Below, in pieces: positions 17,854 to 19,489 of a stretch of DNA of 19,489 bases; the stretch's first letter is position 1, and each line of letters starts with the position of its first letter. This DNA is from an uncultured archaeon (lineage in GTDB: Archaea; Asgardarchaeota; Heimdallarchaeia; Heimdallarchaeales; Heimdallarchaeaceae). The notes below the pieces were generated by a model. That model was not told the DNA's origin and searched no databases. It saw only the letters and a program-made list of their open reading frames with translations. The translations under genes were made by a program, and so were the position numbers. The stretch is from positions 1 to 19,489 of the forward strand of contig CAZHRF010000043.1 in the NCBI GenBank assembly GCA_964534625.1, read 5' to 3'.

Positions 17854-18621
17854 CTAAAAAACCTTTCTTGTTTTTTCGCCCCTTTCCTTGCACAATTTCT
17901 TATACTCTTTTTTAACTAATTGTATAGGTGGTAATTGTTTGTTTTTTAATTGTCCAAAAATTAAGGGGTTTTTAACCGCTGCACGCCCTATCATGATCCC
18001 TATACATCCCATTGCTTGTATTTTTTTTACATCTTCCTTTGTTTGTATATCTCCATTCGCCACAATTTCTTTACCCGTTTCCACGCATTCGGGGAAAACA
18101 CTCCAATCTGCCTTCTTTTCATATGATTCTGATCTGTATCTTGCATGGACAACAAAAAAGTCAGCATCTACTTGTTCAATAAGTTTGAGATAGACTTTTT
18201 CTTGCTTCTCTTTTTTCGTCATACCCACGCGTAATTTAACATTAATATTGTATCCATAATCCTTTACTGCTTTAATCATTCTATTAACCTTAGTAGGGCG
18301 ATTAATCATTGCACATCCTAATCCTTGCCGTATATAAGAGTGGGAGGGGCAACATAAATTATAATTAAAGCCCTTAAAGCCTTTTTCAGGAACAAACTCA
18401 GAAAGGTATTTGTCTAATAACTGTTCTTTTTTTCCTATTATTTGTATCATCGTTGGTGTATCATCAAAAAGCTGAGTGCGTCTCAATGAAGATTTATTAC
18501 GCTTGGCTAATGATTCAAATCTAACTAATTCAGTATACGTGAGCTCTGCACCATACTTATAACAAATGGATCTGAAACTAGAATTTGTTAAATTATCCAT
18601 TGGGGCAAGCATAAGCTGCAT
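17854..18621 (-). CDS. dus: tRNA-dihydrouridine synthase family protein
   Basis: Motifs LAPM, YTE, NLCCP (variant of NxGCP), KLRVG, VHAR, ANGDI and GIMIGRAAVKNP. Confidence 0.9.
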   Translation of the reverse strand: MQLMLAPMDNLTNSSFRSICYKYGAELTYTELVRFESLAKRNKSSLRRTQLFDDTPTMIQIIGKKEQLLDKYLSEFVPEKGFKGFNYNLCCPSHSYIRQGLGCAMINRPTKVNRMIKAVKDYGYNINVKLRVGMTKKEKQEKVYLKLIEQVDADFFVVHARYRSESYEKKADWSVFPECVETGKEIVANGDIQTKEDVKKIQAMGCIGIMIGRAAVKNPLIFGQLKNKQLPPIQLVKKEYKKLCKERGEKTRKVF

Positions 18622-18749
18622 AAACTAAAAAAAGAAAGCATCTACTTTAATCTTTACATCAGCTAAGGTCAAAGAAACCCATGAAAATTCTCATCAAAGG
18701 ATATTATAATGGGTGTTATCAGCGGAACAAATATAAAATAAAGATTAAA

Positions 18750-19055
18750 GAAGGATAGTTCCTGTCGTCCCGACAGTACATAGTTCTAGTACACACAACT
18801 TACCGACTCTACATCGTTAGATGTCGATACGGGCGATGTATTACCTAGAGAAGGTGTACAAACTGGAAGAGTCGAATTTAGATATTTTGAAGACTCATTT
18901 TAGCTATTTTCGTGGTCTTTATCCGTTCCTTGTGCTCTGCTTTGTTCTGGAAATCGTAGTCTATGTAAAGATTTAAGAAGTTCAAACTCTTTAGTGAGCC
19001 TAGCCGGGTTTATGGTCAGTACGACGAACTACTTGTCCATGCCCGGCTCTATTTA
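18750..19055 (-). ncRNA. Candidate structured non-coding RNA (family unassigned; strand tentative)
   Basis: GC-richer intergenic block with at least six stems. ATTAAAAA (TATA-like) lies about 30 nt upstream on the minus strand and a U-rich tract directly downstream (18750-18727). Confidence 0.45.
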
Positions 19056-19181
19056 TTACTTTAGATTTTTGAAAATGATTTTTAATGGATATTTTTTCTC
19101 TGTATTCTTTTGGCTTTATTTTAATTCTTGTAAACGGCTTAAAAAAGGATTATTCTCCTTTCACTTATTTTATTTAGTATT

Positions 19182-19489
19182 TCAAAGTGCGTTTATTTCC
19201 AATGTAAAGAACCCGTAATATCCATTGCTATTGAGTCTTAGGTAGTAAATGTCCATGCCAAGTTCATTAAAATCAATTATTAGTGTATCATTAAACGTGA
19301 ATATTTCTTCTTTGTCTACACTAAGTAAGCTAATACTAAAGTTACTATACGCTCCTAGAACTGGTTCATGATGGTTTTGCCAGAGTGTAACGTTTATTGC
19401 TATTTCTACTTCCACAAATAACTCAAAGAATAGATCTGTAATATTAGTAGAAGGGTCACTGAAATTGGGCAAAAATTTTGTTATATTTT
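19182..19489 (-). CDS. C-terminal part of a probable extracellular/surface protein; 5' end outside the window
   Basis: The frame stays open to the window end, so the TTG at 19472 is unlikely to be the true start. Beta-rich, with several N-x-S/T sequons (NFS, NIT, NVT, NFS, NDT). Confidence 0.6.
   Translation of the reverse strand, partial: NITKFLPNFSDPSTNITDLFFELFVEVEIAINVTLWQNHHEPVLGAYSNFSISLLSVDKEEIFTFNDTLIIDFNELGMDIYYLRLNSNGYYGFFTLEINAL

Noticed and set aside
18976-18992. tRNA gene (GTTCAAA T-loop-like sequence)
   Set aside because: No proper 5-bp T stem and no D-arm, anticodon arm or acceptor stem.
19001-19049. Group II intron domain V
   Set aside because: The lower stem AGCCGGGT...ATGCCCGGCT is similar, but the upper part is too long and lacks the GNRA loop. 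No domain VI or reverse transcriptase gene is present.
18994-19218. 74-aa plus-strand ORF
   Set aside because: GTG start, Phe-rich, overlapping the hairpin and the end of the opposite gene; probably spurious.

Overview
AT-rich archaeal-type window with most genes on the minus strand. Several genes have apparently leaderless TATA promoters and U-rich ends. The gene content (tandem Lrp-like wHTH protein, longin/uDENN-like domain fusion, REC-PAS-histidine kinase) suggests an Asgard archaeon, possibly Heimdallarchaeia-like; this is an inference. The left end holds an accessory module: a PIN-domain nuclease gene missing from the ORF track (1-774, truncated) overlapping a stand-alone CARF gene, then a tandem-wHTH regulator. 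Next to it is a GC-richer non-coding block (about 2930-3360) with a degenerate 86-bp (2x43) duplication and many stems, a candidate structured RNA. The middle encodes a hybrid sensor kinase, an acetolactate-synthase-like ThDP decarboxylase next to succinate-semialdehyde dehydrogenase (possible 2-oxoglutarate bypass), a tandem-SIS PHI-like protein, an APC permease with USP domains, an SDR, a PAS-longin-like-GAF-GAF protein and a Dus. Two diverged copies of a roughly 110-bp MITE-like element lie at about 4143-4252 and 9823-9931. A second candidate structured RNA of about 300 nt lies at about 18750-19055. No canonical CRISPR array, tRNA or rRNA was found.
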